DNA of 61,114 nucleotides, the filler included, from a candidate division TA06 bacterium SM23_40 (GTDB lineage: Bacteria > LJUI01 > SM1-40): NCBI GenBank assembly GCA_001303705.1. It is 4 parts of 4 records of this genome, joined end to end, with 100 filler letters (N's around TTAATTAATTAA, not from the genome) between each part and the next. Parts side by side here need not be neighbours in the genome. Positions count along the whole stretch, not along the records: positions 18,374 to 32,692 come from LJUI01000057.1; 3 more parts are not named here. One strand, given 5' to 3'. Shown here one piece after another: positions 20,289-29,124 of the stretch; position 1 is the first letter of the stretch; each line of letters starts with the position of its first letter. The notes beneath the pieces are model-generated. The model did not search any database. It was not told where the DNA came from and was given only the letters and a program-made list of their open reading frames with translations. Made by a program: the position numbers and the translations under genes.

Positions 20289-21560
20289 CTATTGCCCCGC
20301 CACATAGAAGAAGTTTCTGAAAATGTCGGCGATGGCTGTGAGCGGAGCGACCCCGAATGCCACCGCAGTCTCCATGATCACTCCGACGATGATAGCGACC
20401 ATGACGAACGCCTTCCCCAGATCCGAGCCCTTGAGACTCCCGAGCAGCTTCGGCTCGCGGGACAGGTATGCGCTCGCGGCATAGAGCTCCTCCCCGATCA
20501 GGGTGTAGTCGCATGCGGTGATGAAGAACGGCAGCTGGGATACCATCGCCGTGCCCGCGACCTGGATCGCCCCAGCTTCGAACCCGGTCTCCGCGAGCAG
20601 AAGCGACTCTGCCCAGAATGCCCCCATATAGAGGTTGGCCGCCGGCCTCTCACGGAGCATGATGCCGTTCACCGCGGCGGCGAACGCAAACTGGGCGTCG
20701 GAGAGATATCGTATATTGTCAGGATTGTACGCGTCGGGTTTGCCGACCGATAGATATGCCTCCTTCACAACCTCCTCGGCTGCGGACATGACGACAGCGC
20801 GGGCCGTGGGCACGAGGAGCGGGCTTTCGTATCTGGCCGTGATCTTGGCCACATGGGTCAAGATGGAGAGACTGGCCACGGTCATGATGTTGTCGATCTC
20901 ACCGATCCCCGGAACATAGAGAACCGGTTTCCCCATCTCTGTGGCGCGTCCGATCGCCTCCTCGACCGCGGTCAGGCCGGGGATGCGACGGACGAAGAGC
21001 TCCTTCCCCCGCCGCGCCTGAGCGATGTATGTGAGCACGAAGCTGAAGAAGAGTACGAGGATGATGAACATGTTGAGCCTTCTTGTGCGGAACCAGTTGG
21101 CGCGGGAGGCCGCCGGCCCGCTCGGCTCAGAGTCGACAGTCTGCATGTCATCCTTCGCCCGCACAATGTAATAGTACGTCGTCCCATCGGTAGCCGTAGT
21201 GTCGACGTACGACTCAACGCCCGGCGGAACCTCGTCGATCAGTAGATACCCTCTGCCCGGCTGTGTTGAACGAAGGATATCATACCCCACGACATCGTCA
21301 TCGCCCGCACCATCATCGCGCGACCGCGTCCAGCTGATGGCGATCTGCCTTCCCCCATCACCCGGCACATCGTGAGCGACAACTGAGGTCGCCGGTCCGG
21401 GAGGCCGAGTAGCGATGAAGGCCTCGAGAAACGCCGATTCGCCGAGGGGCTCCTCACCCGGCTGGAGCGGAGCACCTGCCGCGCTCCCTCCGATGTCGAT
21501 CCCTGCCGCAAGGGAGGCGATGAGCATGACGATGATAGAAATCGATGAATGCACGCTCAT
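20289..21560 (-). CDS. Cassette gene A3: FN3 domain, TM, DUF6754-like domain, TM
   Basis: Signal-like N-terminus; FN3 (ISW..YDILRS..YYYIVRA); RRIPGL..GRATEMGKP..QLPFFITACDYTLIGEELYAASAYL. Start after AGGAG. Confidence 0.85.
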   Translation of the reverse strand: MSVHSSISIIVMLIASLAAGIDIGGSAAGAPLQPGEEPLGESAFLEAFIATRPPGPATSVVAHDVPGDGGRQIAISWTRSRDDGAGDDDVVGYDILRSTQPGRGYLLIDEVPPGVESYVDTTATDGTTYYYIVRAKDDMQTVDSEPSGPAASRANWFRTRRLNMFIILVLFFSFVLTYIAQARRGKELFVRRIPGLTAVEEAIGRATEMGKPVLYVPGIGEIDNIMTVASLSILTHVAKITARYESPLLVPTARAVVMSAAEEVVKEAYLSVGKPDAYNPDNIRYLSDAQFAFAAAVNGIMLRERPAANLYMGAFWAESLLLAETGFEAGAIQVAGTAMVSQLPFFITACDYTLIGEELYAASAYLSREPKLLGSLKGSDLGKAFVMVAIIVGVIMETAVAFGVAPLTAIADIFRNFFYVAGQ

Positions 21561-21777
21561 CCGAGCTCCTGTAGGTCGGCCACTCTGTCTGGCATACGTA
21601 TTCCCCGGTGCGCTGAGACCCAACTCCGAGCCGCACCGTATCATATCCTCTGCGATCCTGTCAAGGCCCGCCTGTATCAATTTGCCCGGGGCCGCGTCGC
21701 CGGATCAGCGTCCCTGGCGCCGACGATGTCCGGCCGCCCGCCAGAGGCTCACCACGCCATAGCCCCCTCTCAATTCA

Positions 21778-22419
21778 TCAGCGGATGAGCCCCAGCCAGT
21801 CCCGGAACAGAAACTGCATGCGCCCGATCAGGAGTGAGACGCGGGCCATCACGGTATATCCGAATGAGGCGCCGAATCCCACCATGAGGAACCAGATCCC
21901 GATCCTGCTCGCTCCACCCAGCACTCCCTTGTGTTCCCGCGAAAAGAAGAAGTAGAGAAGCGAGCAGATGAGGCCGATGAGAAGGAGCGCGGCCGTGATC
22001 GAGACGGTCGGGGCCATGGCAGCGTGAACCTGGGCCAGCACGCGCGCCTGCATGTAGGAGGGGATAGCGAGGCCGGCGTACCCTCCGACGTAGAACGCGA
22101 TGGCATATCGGCTGATCCAGGCGAACCGGGGAAAGAACCTCGTGAACATGAGAAGTCCGAGCACGCCCGGAACAAGGGGGAGGAGCACTCCACCTCTCAG
22201 CACCGGGACGAGGAGCTGCCCTACGATATTGGCGTTCCAGTAGATGAGGGCCCAGTATCCTGCCGACACGCCGACGAGCAGGTGCTCGGCGAACTTGTAG
22301 AATGGATTGTCCCGGTACAGGAACGAATAGATGCACAGGGTCAAGATCGCCCCCACCCAGATGGCGAACCGTTCAGGAGTGAACGGCCAGAACCCTGTCC
22401 ACAGAGAGACTTCGTTCAT
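21778..22419 (-). CDS. Cassette gene D2, multi-pass membrane protein
   Basis: SFLYRDNPFYKFAEHLLVG..FLMVGFGASFGYTVMARVSLLIGR. Start overlaps the C2 stop. Confidence 0.88.
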   Translation of the reverse strand: MNEVSLWTGFWPFTPERFAIWVGAILTLCIYSFLYRDNPFYKFAEHLLVGVSAGYWALIYWNANIVGQLLVPVLRGGVLLPLVPGVLGLLMFTRFFPRFAWISRYAIAFYVGGYAGLAIPSYMQARVLAQVHAAMAPTVSITAALLLIGLICSLLYFFFSREHKGVLGGASRIGIWFLMVGFGASFGYTVMARVSLLIGRMQFLFRDWLGLIR

Positions 22420-23390
22420 CAGTCTGTACCCTTCCCCCGCGCCGACTCTGCGAGCTCCTCTGCCCGGCGCCTTCTCCTGAGCGTGAAGAATGCAGCGTTT
22501 CCCAGCACTATGAATGCAATAATGGCAGCATGGACGATGGACTGTGAATCCATCCCGATCGATGCCTCCCGGAACCGCCTCTCGAGCGCGCGCAGCTGCG
22601 CCTCGGGGAGCGCACGGCGCCTCGCCTCGGCGATCCCCAGCTCTTCCTCGAGGTCGTTCACCAGCTTCTCGTATTCCGAGGCTCCCTTCATCCCCCCGAG
22701 CAGACCGATGGCCTGTCCGGTATCGAGATAGGGATAAAAGTTGAGCGCCTGAACCGCAGTCACCCCGAGCGCCACTTGCTGCCGGTAGGGCGTATTCGCG
22801 TACAGCACCCAGAACTCGGCAAGTGCGGTGGCGGCGATCGAGACGACGAGATCGATGTCATTGTAGGTATGCACTTCCTCGAGGAGCTCGATCTCCCCGA
22901 TGGGCACACCGCCGTAGTCACGTGGATAGACGCCGTGCAGATCCCGACCGATGGCCAGCATCACGGCCGACGCCCCTGCCATATATCCGAGATAGACGTA
23001 GTCTTCCTGGTTCACCTTTCCATAATCGGCGGCTACCTCGCTCATCGCGATCCGGCCCAGGGCCGTCCCGTCCGGGTGGTTGGCGACGCCGATGACGACA
23101 AGATCGCGGACGAAGCAGTGCCGGAGCACGGCTCTTACCATGGGATACATCTCGGGCATCGTCGACGGGCCGAAATCGAATGAGATGAGTACCACCGACC
23201 CTGGAGGGAGCGTTTCGACGTAGTCGAAGACCTGCCGCACCGGCTCGGTGACGTTGGTGGGCAGGCCAAGGGGGAAGAAGAACGGAATGACCACGGCGAG
23301 GGCGATGAGCAGATAGATGATCCGCCGGTCCAAGGCCTGGAGGTGCTCTTGCCATGTTCTCTTCTGTTTCATTTCCCCCCTCCCGTTCAT
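22419..23390 (-). CDS. Cassette gene C2
   Basis: LDRRIIYLL..DFGPSTMPEMYPM..GLLGGMKGASEYE..MDSQSIVH. Start 23390 (ATGA overlap with B2) or 23372. Confidence 0.85.
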   Translation of the reverse strand: MNGRGEMKQKRTWQEHLQALDRRIIYLLIALAVVIPFFFPLGLPTNVTEPVRQVFDYVETLPPGSVVLISFDFGPSTMPEMYPMVRAVLRHCFVRDLVVIGVANHPDGTALGRIAMSEVAADYGKVNQEDYVYLGYMAGASAVMLAIGRDLHGVYPRDYGGVPIGEIELLEEVHTYNDIDLVVSIAATALAEFWVLYANTPYRQQVALGVTAVQALNFYPYLDTGQAIGLLGGMKGASEYEKLVNDLEEELGIAEARRRALPEAQLRALERRFREASIGMDSQSIVHAAIIAFIVLGNAAFFTLRRRRRAEELAESARGKGTD

Positions 23391-24043
23391 TTCCCCCCTC
23401 CAAGGTACGTACGTTCGATGCCGAGGATCACCTTGAGCGCCGTCGAGATCGATCCCAGGCCGACCCCGATCATGATGCCCCGCTTGGCCGCGAGGTTGGG
23501 CACCGTCAGTATCCAGTCCGTGAGCGCGGGAATCCCCACCTGCTCCGGCAGCCAGGACGTGAGCAGATGCCCGAGGGGCACCCTGCCGAGCATCACCATG
23601 ACCGCGGCCACGAGCAGGAGCGTCGCCTCCGGTGTTCTGGCCCGGAAGGTGCGGAACGCAGCTGAGGCGATGAAGAAGGCAAGCAGCGAGAACATGGTCG
23701 AGTCCATGGGGACCTGGATGTTCTGGAAGATCCACATGAACGGTGTCCCCTCCTGCAATCCCCTCCCGTCCAGATCCCATGGCCTGCCGGCAAGGATCAT
23801 CGCAAACAGTCCTATGATGACCACGGCGCTGTACCACCAACCCGTCTTGCGCTGGCGAAGCTTGGTGACGTGGAGCCGCGTGATGCTGAAGATCCCCAGC
23901 AACATCGCGAAAGTATAGATGAGTCGGAGCCAGGCGAGCAACGTCTGATTCGCGGTCTCCATGGCAGGGTGAGGCGTGAAGTACAGCGATGTCCCGAAGA
24001 GCCCGGCGAAGAAGGCGATCCCCAGTGGGATTTGACGTTGCAT
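23387..24043 (-). CDS. Cassette gene B2
   Basis: MQRQIPL..STMFSLLAFFIASAAFR..VPNLAAKRGIMIGVGLG. Confidence 0.88.
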   Translation of the reverse strand: MQRQIPLGIAFFAGLFGTSLYFTPHPAMETANQTLLAWLRLIYTFAMLLGIFSITRLHVTKLRQRKTGWWYSAVVIIGLFAMILAGRPWDLDGRGLQEGTPFMWIFQNIQVPMDSTMFSLLAFFIASAAFRTFRARTPEATLLLVAAVMVMLGRVPLGHLLTSWLPEQVGIPALTDWILTVPNLAAKRGIMIGVGLGSISTALKVILGIERTYLGGGK

Positions 24044-24066
24044 GAGATGTCTCCGCGGCAGACTGG

Positions 24067-25311
24067 CTACCGTGCAGCGAACAGCCCGCGGAACCAGTCG
24101 AAGCGTGCAACTGAGAGCACTGCTCCGGTGATCGCCAGTACGACGAGAATCAGCTTAGCCCAATCCTGCCCCTTGAGGCTCCCGAGGAGGAGCGGCTCGC
24201 GCGAGAGGTAGGCACTCGCCGCATACAGTTCCTCGCCTATAAGTGTATAGTCGCACGCTGTGATGAAGAATGGAAGCTGGGCAACTGCGTCCGTGCCCGC
24301 AATCTGGATCGCGCCCGTCGATGCCCCTGTCTCCGCGAGGATGAGCGACTCCGCATAGAAATAGCCCATGAAGAAGTTCGTCGCCGGCCGATCCCGCACC
24401 ATGATGCCGTCGACGGCAGCGGTATAGCCAAACTGGCTATTCGTCACATAGAAGACCATCTCCTCCCGGTATGCGTCCGGTCTCCCGACCTCGAGAAACG
24501 CCTCCTTGACCACTTCCTGCTCTACCGCCATCACCATCGGATCGTAACAGGGAACGACGAGCTTTGAACCGTACTCTGCGGCCCTCCTCGCCACCCTTCC
24601 CAGGATGTTGATCGCCGCGAGCGTGGCAACGTCGTCCATCGGATTGAGCCCGGAGACGTAAAGGATCGGCTTTCCCAGCTCGGTCGCCCGCCCAACCGCC
24701 TCGTCCACTGCCTCCAGACCGGCGATCTTGCGAATGAAGAGCTCTGTCCCGCGCCTGGCGCGGGAGATGAACCAGATAAGCAGCGCGGCGAAGCCGACTA
24801 TACTGACGAGTACGCTCGTGCGGCCGAAGTTGAACCACTGCGGCCCGGCGAGGGCGCTCGTACCCCCGGCACCACGGCTCGCCACGTCGCCGGCCATCGC
24901 GGTGACGAAGTAGGTGTACGGCGTTCCGTCCTCGACAGGCGAGTCGACATAGGTATCGACGCCAGGCCCCAGGGCAGCGAGCAGCATGGGCTCGCCCCCT
25001 GAGGTGTCGACGCGCGAGATGACATACCCGGTTACGGTGCCGAGCCCCGCTCCGTCATCCGGAGAGAGGTCCCATCTCAATGTGATCGCTCCTCCCCCAT
25101 CGTTTGGGGTGTCGGAGGCGCGGATGTTGGCTGGAGGCGCGGGGGAGACGGCGGAGAGATCAAGGGGAGTTGCGGGACCGACCGCCACCTCGGCCCGGGC
25201 GTGCGGGATGAGGAGAACGCCTACAAGAGGTATGAGAAGGACGAGCGAGCGCGCCGACCCGGCCGCACGGAGCACTGCCGCGAGGAGTGCGGGGCGGCGA
25301 GGGTTGACCAT
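24067..25311 (-). CDS. Cassette gene A2b: FN3 plus DUF6754-like
   Basis: DTPNDGGGAITLRW FN3 and the conserved C-terminal domain. Start uncertain (25311-25509). Confidence 0.85.
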   Translation of the reverse strand: MVNPRRPALLAAVLRAAGSARSLVLLIPLVGVLLIPHARAEVAVGPATPLDLSAVSPAPPANIRASDTPNDGGGAITLRWDLSPDDGAGLGTVTGYVISRVDTSGGEPMLLAALGPGVDTYVDSPVEDGTPYTYFVTAMAGDVASRGAGGTSALAGPQWFNFGRTSVLVSIVGFAALLIWFISRARRGTELFIRKIAGLEAVDEAVGRATELGKPILYVSGLNPMDDVATLAAINILGRVARRAAEYGSKLVVPCYDPMVMAVEQEVVKEAFLEVGRPDAYREEMVFYVTNSQFGYTAAVDGIMVRDRPATNFFMGYFYAESLILAETGASTGAIQIAGTDAVAQLPFFITACDYTLIGEELYAASAYLSREPLLLGSLKGQDWAKLILVVLAITGAVLSVARFDWFRGLFAAR

Positions 25312-25474
25312 GTCACGTACCGCAGCTTCCGGTGCTATGCACCGCAGGGCGGGCGGAATACGGCTCGCCACCCTCGGCGACAATGCCGCGAGGCCGGGCC
25401 CGGCAGGAAAGCCTGCTGCCCTACAGAGTCGACCATCCATATGGAGTCCGTTCAGAGATGGGGCAGGCGATCGC

Positions 25475-26749
25475 TCACCCCGCGGAGAAGAGCCGGGAGA
25501 ATCCTGCAATCCCGAGGGTGGTGGCCAGAATACCCGCAGCCATGAGCGCCGCGATCAGGAGTTTCGCCATATCCTGACCCTTGAGGCTTCCGAGCGCGAG
25601 CGGCTCTCGCGAGAGGTAAGCACTCGCCGCATACAGCTCCTCGCCGATGAGTGTGTAGTCGCAGGCGGCAATGAAGAAGGGGAGCTGCGCCACGGCATCC
25701 GTGCCGGAGATCTGGATCGCACCCACGCTGTTGCCGGTCTCGGCGAGGATGAGCGACTCCGCCCAGAACATGCCGAGGAGGAAGATCGTCGCCGGACGCT
25801 CGCGCACCATGATGCCGTCAACCGCGGAGACATAGCCGAACTGGCTGTAGGTGATGTAGCTGATGTCGTTCGCGTCGTATGCGTCAGGTCGCCCGGCCTC
25901 AGTATAGGCCTCGCGGACGATCTCCTGGGCGACCGGCATCACGACAGGATCAGTGCAGGGGACGATGAGGCGACTCTCATAATCAGCGGCCCGGCGAGCC
26001 ACCCGGGAGAGGATATTGAGCGAGGCCAGGGTGGCGACATCACTGATGGTGCTCAATCCCGGGACGTACAGGATCGGTTTTCCCATCTCAGTCGCGCGCC
26101 CAAGCGCCTCGTCAACCGCCTCGAGCCCGGCGATGCGTCGGACGTAGAGATCCCGCCCCCGGCGCGCAACGGTGATGAAGCCTGCGAGCAGAGAGGTGTA
26201 GACGACGACGCCGACGAGTACGTTAACCCTCCCCCGGTGAAAGAGCTGGGCCGAGGCCAGGGCAGGGCCGGACGGCTGCGACATCGGAGTAGTGAATTCC
26301 CGGGCGCCTGCCTGCCCCACGGCGCGGACTCTGTACGCAAAGGAGCGTCCATCCTCAGCCGCACCGTCGGTGAACTGAGCGAGGCCACCGGATACCGTGC
26401 CCACGAGTTCCCACTCCCCATCAGGGTGCTCAGCACGCCATATCTCGTACGAGGTGATGGAGAGGGCGGGACGAATCTCAGAAGGAAGCTCTTCCCACCT
26501 CACGGTGATGCTTCCTCCTGCGTCGTTCGGCGTGTCGTACGCAGAGACTCCAGCAGGTGGCGGGATGTCCGCGGAAAATGCTTCCGGGGGAGAGGCGGCA
26601 TCGCCGAGACCTCCCTCTCCGGGCGCCTGTCCGAGGAGAGGTGACGATGCGAATAACAGAGCGACAAGGGCAATATAGAACGAGGCCAGGACCCGGCCTC
26701 GGCATGGTATATACTGTGCTCGGTCCAAACAGGGGCTCTCTCTTCTCAT
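25475..26749 (-). CDS. Cassette gene A2a: FN3 plus DUF6754-like
   Basis: YDTPNDAGGSITVRW; GRATEMGKPILY; AACDYTLIGEELYAASAYL. Confidence 0.87.
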   Translation of the reverse strand: MRRESPCLDRAQYIPCRGRVLASFYIALVALLFASSPLLGQAPGEGGLGDAASPPEAFSADIPPPAGVSAYDTPNDAGGSITVRWEELPSEIRPALSITSYEIWRAEHPDGEWELVGTVSGGLAQFTDGAAEDGRSFAYRVRAVGQAGAREFTTPMSQPSGPALASAQLFHRGRVNVLVGVVVYTSLLAGFITVARRGRDLYVRRIAGLEAVDEALGRATEMGKPILYVPGLSTISDVATLASLNILSRVARRAADYESRLIVPCTDPVVMPVAQEIVREAYTEAGRPDAYDANDISYITYSQFGYVSAVDGIMVRERPATIFLLGMFWAESLILAETGNSVGAIQISGTDAVAQLPFFIAACDYTLIGEELYAASAYLSREPLALGSLKGQDMAKLLIAALMAAGILATTLGIAGFSRLFSAG

Positions 26750-26904
26750 CCCATTGATGCTCCCGCCATTTCCCCTCGCCTATCGACAAGCTACTACGAG
26801 CATACCCGCCGGCTCCTCCACCAGTCATGCGCACATCGCTCAGGCATCCCAGGACCCGGTCGACGATCCCCAGCCGGATCATCGTCCTTCCATCTACTCG
26901 ATGA

Positions 26905-27582
26905 TTACTCGATGATCCCCAGCCAGTCGCTCAGCAAAAAGTAGACACGGCCGATCAGGAGCGAGATACGGGCCATCACCGTATATCCGAACGACGCGCC
27001 GAACCCGATCATGAGGAAGACGATCCCGATTCGCGATGTCACACCAAGGACACCTCGATGCGGCCGGGAGAAGAAGAAGTAACTGAGGGTGCAGAGCACC
27101 CCCACAGCAGCAAGAGGGACGCTCATCAGCCAGAGTCCGTTCCAGATCGTCGGCTCTGCGAGAAGCGTCCGCCATGCCTGAGTCGGGATGAACGAGACCA
27201 TCGTCCCCTGCATCTGCTGGATGATCCGGGTGAGCATCGTTCGAGGAATGGAGAGTCCGGCTCCCGACCCCACATAGAATGCGATCGACCAGCGGCTGAG
27301 CCACCCACCACGGGGGAAGAAGCGGAGGAAGAAGAATATCCCCAGGATGCCGGGGATGATGAGGATGAAGTTCCCGTGCTGGCCTTCGGTGACCGCAGCC
27401 CACAGGGGTCTGGCCAGGTTGGGCAGCACCGAGTTATGGTAATAGATGACGAGGTAGTACGCGGCCGAGACCCCGACGAACAGATGCTCTGCCGCCTTGT
27501 ACACCGGGTTGTCGCGATAGAGGAACGAGTAGATACAGAATGTCAGGAGCGCAGCCAGCCAGACCCAGAGATCAGTCGACAT
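26905..27582 (-). CDS. Cassette gene D1
   Basis: WLAALLTFCIYSFLYRDNPVYK..FGASFGYTVMARISLLIGR. Confidence 0.88.
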   Translation of the reverse strand: MSTDLWVWLAALLTFCIYSFLYRDNPVYKAAEHLFVGVSAAYYLVIYYHNSVLPNLARPLWAAVTEGQHGNFILIIPGILGIFFFLRFFPRGGWLSRWSIAFYVGSGAGLSIPRTMLTRIIQQMQGTMVSFIPTQAWRTLLAEPTIWNGLWLMSVPLAAVGVLCTLSYFFFSRPHRGVLGVTSRIGIVFLMIGFGASFGYTVMARISLLIGRVYFLLSDWLGIIE

Positions 27583-27586
27583 TGCC

Positions 27587-28429
27587 CTATCCTCTCCTCC
27601 CTCCCCCGGCAGCCCCGCGCCGCTGGACGAAGAAGGCGACGTTTCCGATGATGACGAAGACTATGATGATCAAGTGGGCGATCGATTGCCCATCCATCCC
27701 GATTATCGCCCTCCCCGGTACACCAATGAGGTACTCGTACTCGGCAGCACCCTTGAGCCCACCGATCAGGCCGAAGAGCTGGCCTGTCTGAAGAAACGGG
27801 TAGTAGTCGGTCGCCGACACCGCGGTGCAGCCCGCCGCCACCGGCTCCTGATAGGGGCCGTTGGCGTAGGCAACCCAGGCCTCGGTGATGGCGCTCGCGG
27901 CGAACGTAACGATGAGAGAGATATCATCGTAGGTATGGATATCTGCGATCATAGGGATCTCGGAGAGCGGGGTGCCGAAGTAGTCTTCGGGGAATGCCCG
28001 GTGGATGTCCTGACCCATCTGGTCGATGACCATGGCGATAGCCGGCTTGAACCCGAGGAAGACGTAATCGATGCCGTTCACCTTGCCGTACTCCTCGGCC
28101 GCCTCGGACGTGGCGTCGAGCGCCAGACCGGGGCCAGCCTGGTGGAGCGTCATCGTGATCACCTTCAGATCTTTGGAGAAGCAATGGCGGAGCACGGCGA
28201 GCGTCATGGGCTGGAGCTCAGGCATCGCCGCTGGATCGTAATCGATCGAGATGAGTACCGGCGGGTCGTCCGGTGTGAGCGTCTCTATCCGATCATAGAC
28301 ATCCTTGACGCGGCGCGTCACGTAAGTGGGCAGGCGTAGCGGGAATATGAACGGAATGAGGACGGCCAGCGCGATACAGAGAAAGATAATCCGTCTATCG
28401 ATGTGCATCAGACGTTCGAACAATCCCAT
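27587..28429 (-). CDS. Cassette gene C1
   Basis: IDRRIIFL..DYDPAAMPELQPM..GLIGGLKGAAEYE..MDGQSIAHL. Confidence 0.88.
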   Translation of the reverse strand: MGLFERLMHIDRRIIFLCIALAVLIPFIFPLRLPTYVTRRVKDVYDRIETLTPDDPPVLISIDYDPAAMPELQPMTLAVLRHCFSKDLKVITMTLHQAGPGLALDATSEAAEEYGKVNGIDYVFLGFKPAIAMVIDQMGQDIHRAFPEDYFGTPLSEIPMIADIHTYDDISLIVTFAASAITEAWVAYANGPYQEPVAAGCTAVSATDYYPFLQTGQLFGLIGGLKGAAEYEYLIGVPGRAIIGMDGQSIAHLIIIVFVIIGNVAFFVQRRGAAGGGRRG

Positions 28430-28458
28430 CGAATGTTATCCTCCCGATCTCGCTCCCA

Positions 28459-29082
28459 TCAGTCGCCGCCGCCGATCCAGGAGCGCTCGATGCCGAGGAT
28501 GATCTTCACCGCGGTCGATATCATCCCCAGCCCGACCCCTATCATGATCCCTCGCTTCGCCGCGAGGTTCGGCACCTCGAGTATCCACTCCGTGATCCGG
28601 GGAAATCCTGCCCATATGCTCTGGCCGATGGGAACCCGGCCGAGCATGACAATGCCCGCAGCGAGGAGCAAGAGTGTCGCCTCCAGGGTGCGGGCACGGA
28701 AGGCACGGTACGCCGCCGAGGCAATATAGAATGCGAGAAGCGAGAACATCGTCCCCTCAAGGGGCACCTGGACATAGTTGTACAATTTCATGAACAGGCC
28801 TTCCTGCCCGATGCCGCCGAAAAATCCCACAGCGAGCGTGAGGACGAGGCCTCCCATAGCGATTAAGCTGTACCACCACCCTGAGGCGCGTCTCCTGATC
28901 CTTGCCCAGTGGACTCTGATCAGGCTCCCGGTGCCGAGGACGAGCGCGAACGTGAAGACGATCAGGTACCATGTCCTGATCGTCTCACCATAGACCAGTG
29001 AAACACGATGCGGGATGAAGTACTGAATCGCCATCGTTACGCCGAGGAAGAAGCAGATGGCGAGCGGAACCTGACGCCGCAC
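28459..29082 (-). CDS. Cassette gene B1
   Basis: GTG start after AAGGAG; same motifs as B2/B3. Confidence 0.88.
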   Translation of the reverse strand: MRRQVPLAICFFLGVTMAIQYFIPHRVSLVYGETIRTWYLIVFTFALVLGTGSLIRVHWARIRRRASGWWYSLIAMGGLVLTLAVGFFGGIGQEGLFMKLYNYVQVPLEGTMFSLLAFYIASAAYRAFRARTLEATLLLLAAGIVMLGRVPIGQSIWAGFPRITEWILEVPNLAAKRGIMIGVGLGMISTAVKIILGIERSWIGGGD

Positions 29083-29124
29083 GTAATCATCTCCTTTCGA
29101 TTGCAGATATCGAGGCCACGCCGC

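Noticed and set aside
22419..24110. 563-aa ORF as a B-C fusion
   Set aside because: The N-terminal part is an off-frame overlap of gene B2; homology to C1/C3 begins near 23372.
24986..26644. Long antisense ORFs here and at 3734..4981, 5908..7227, 36464..38239, 40611..42053
   Set aside because: Shadow frames of well-supported genes in GC-rich DNA, with no motifs.
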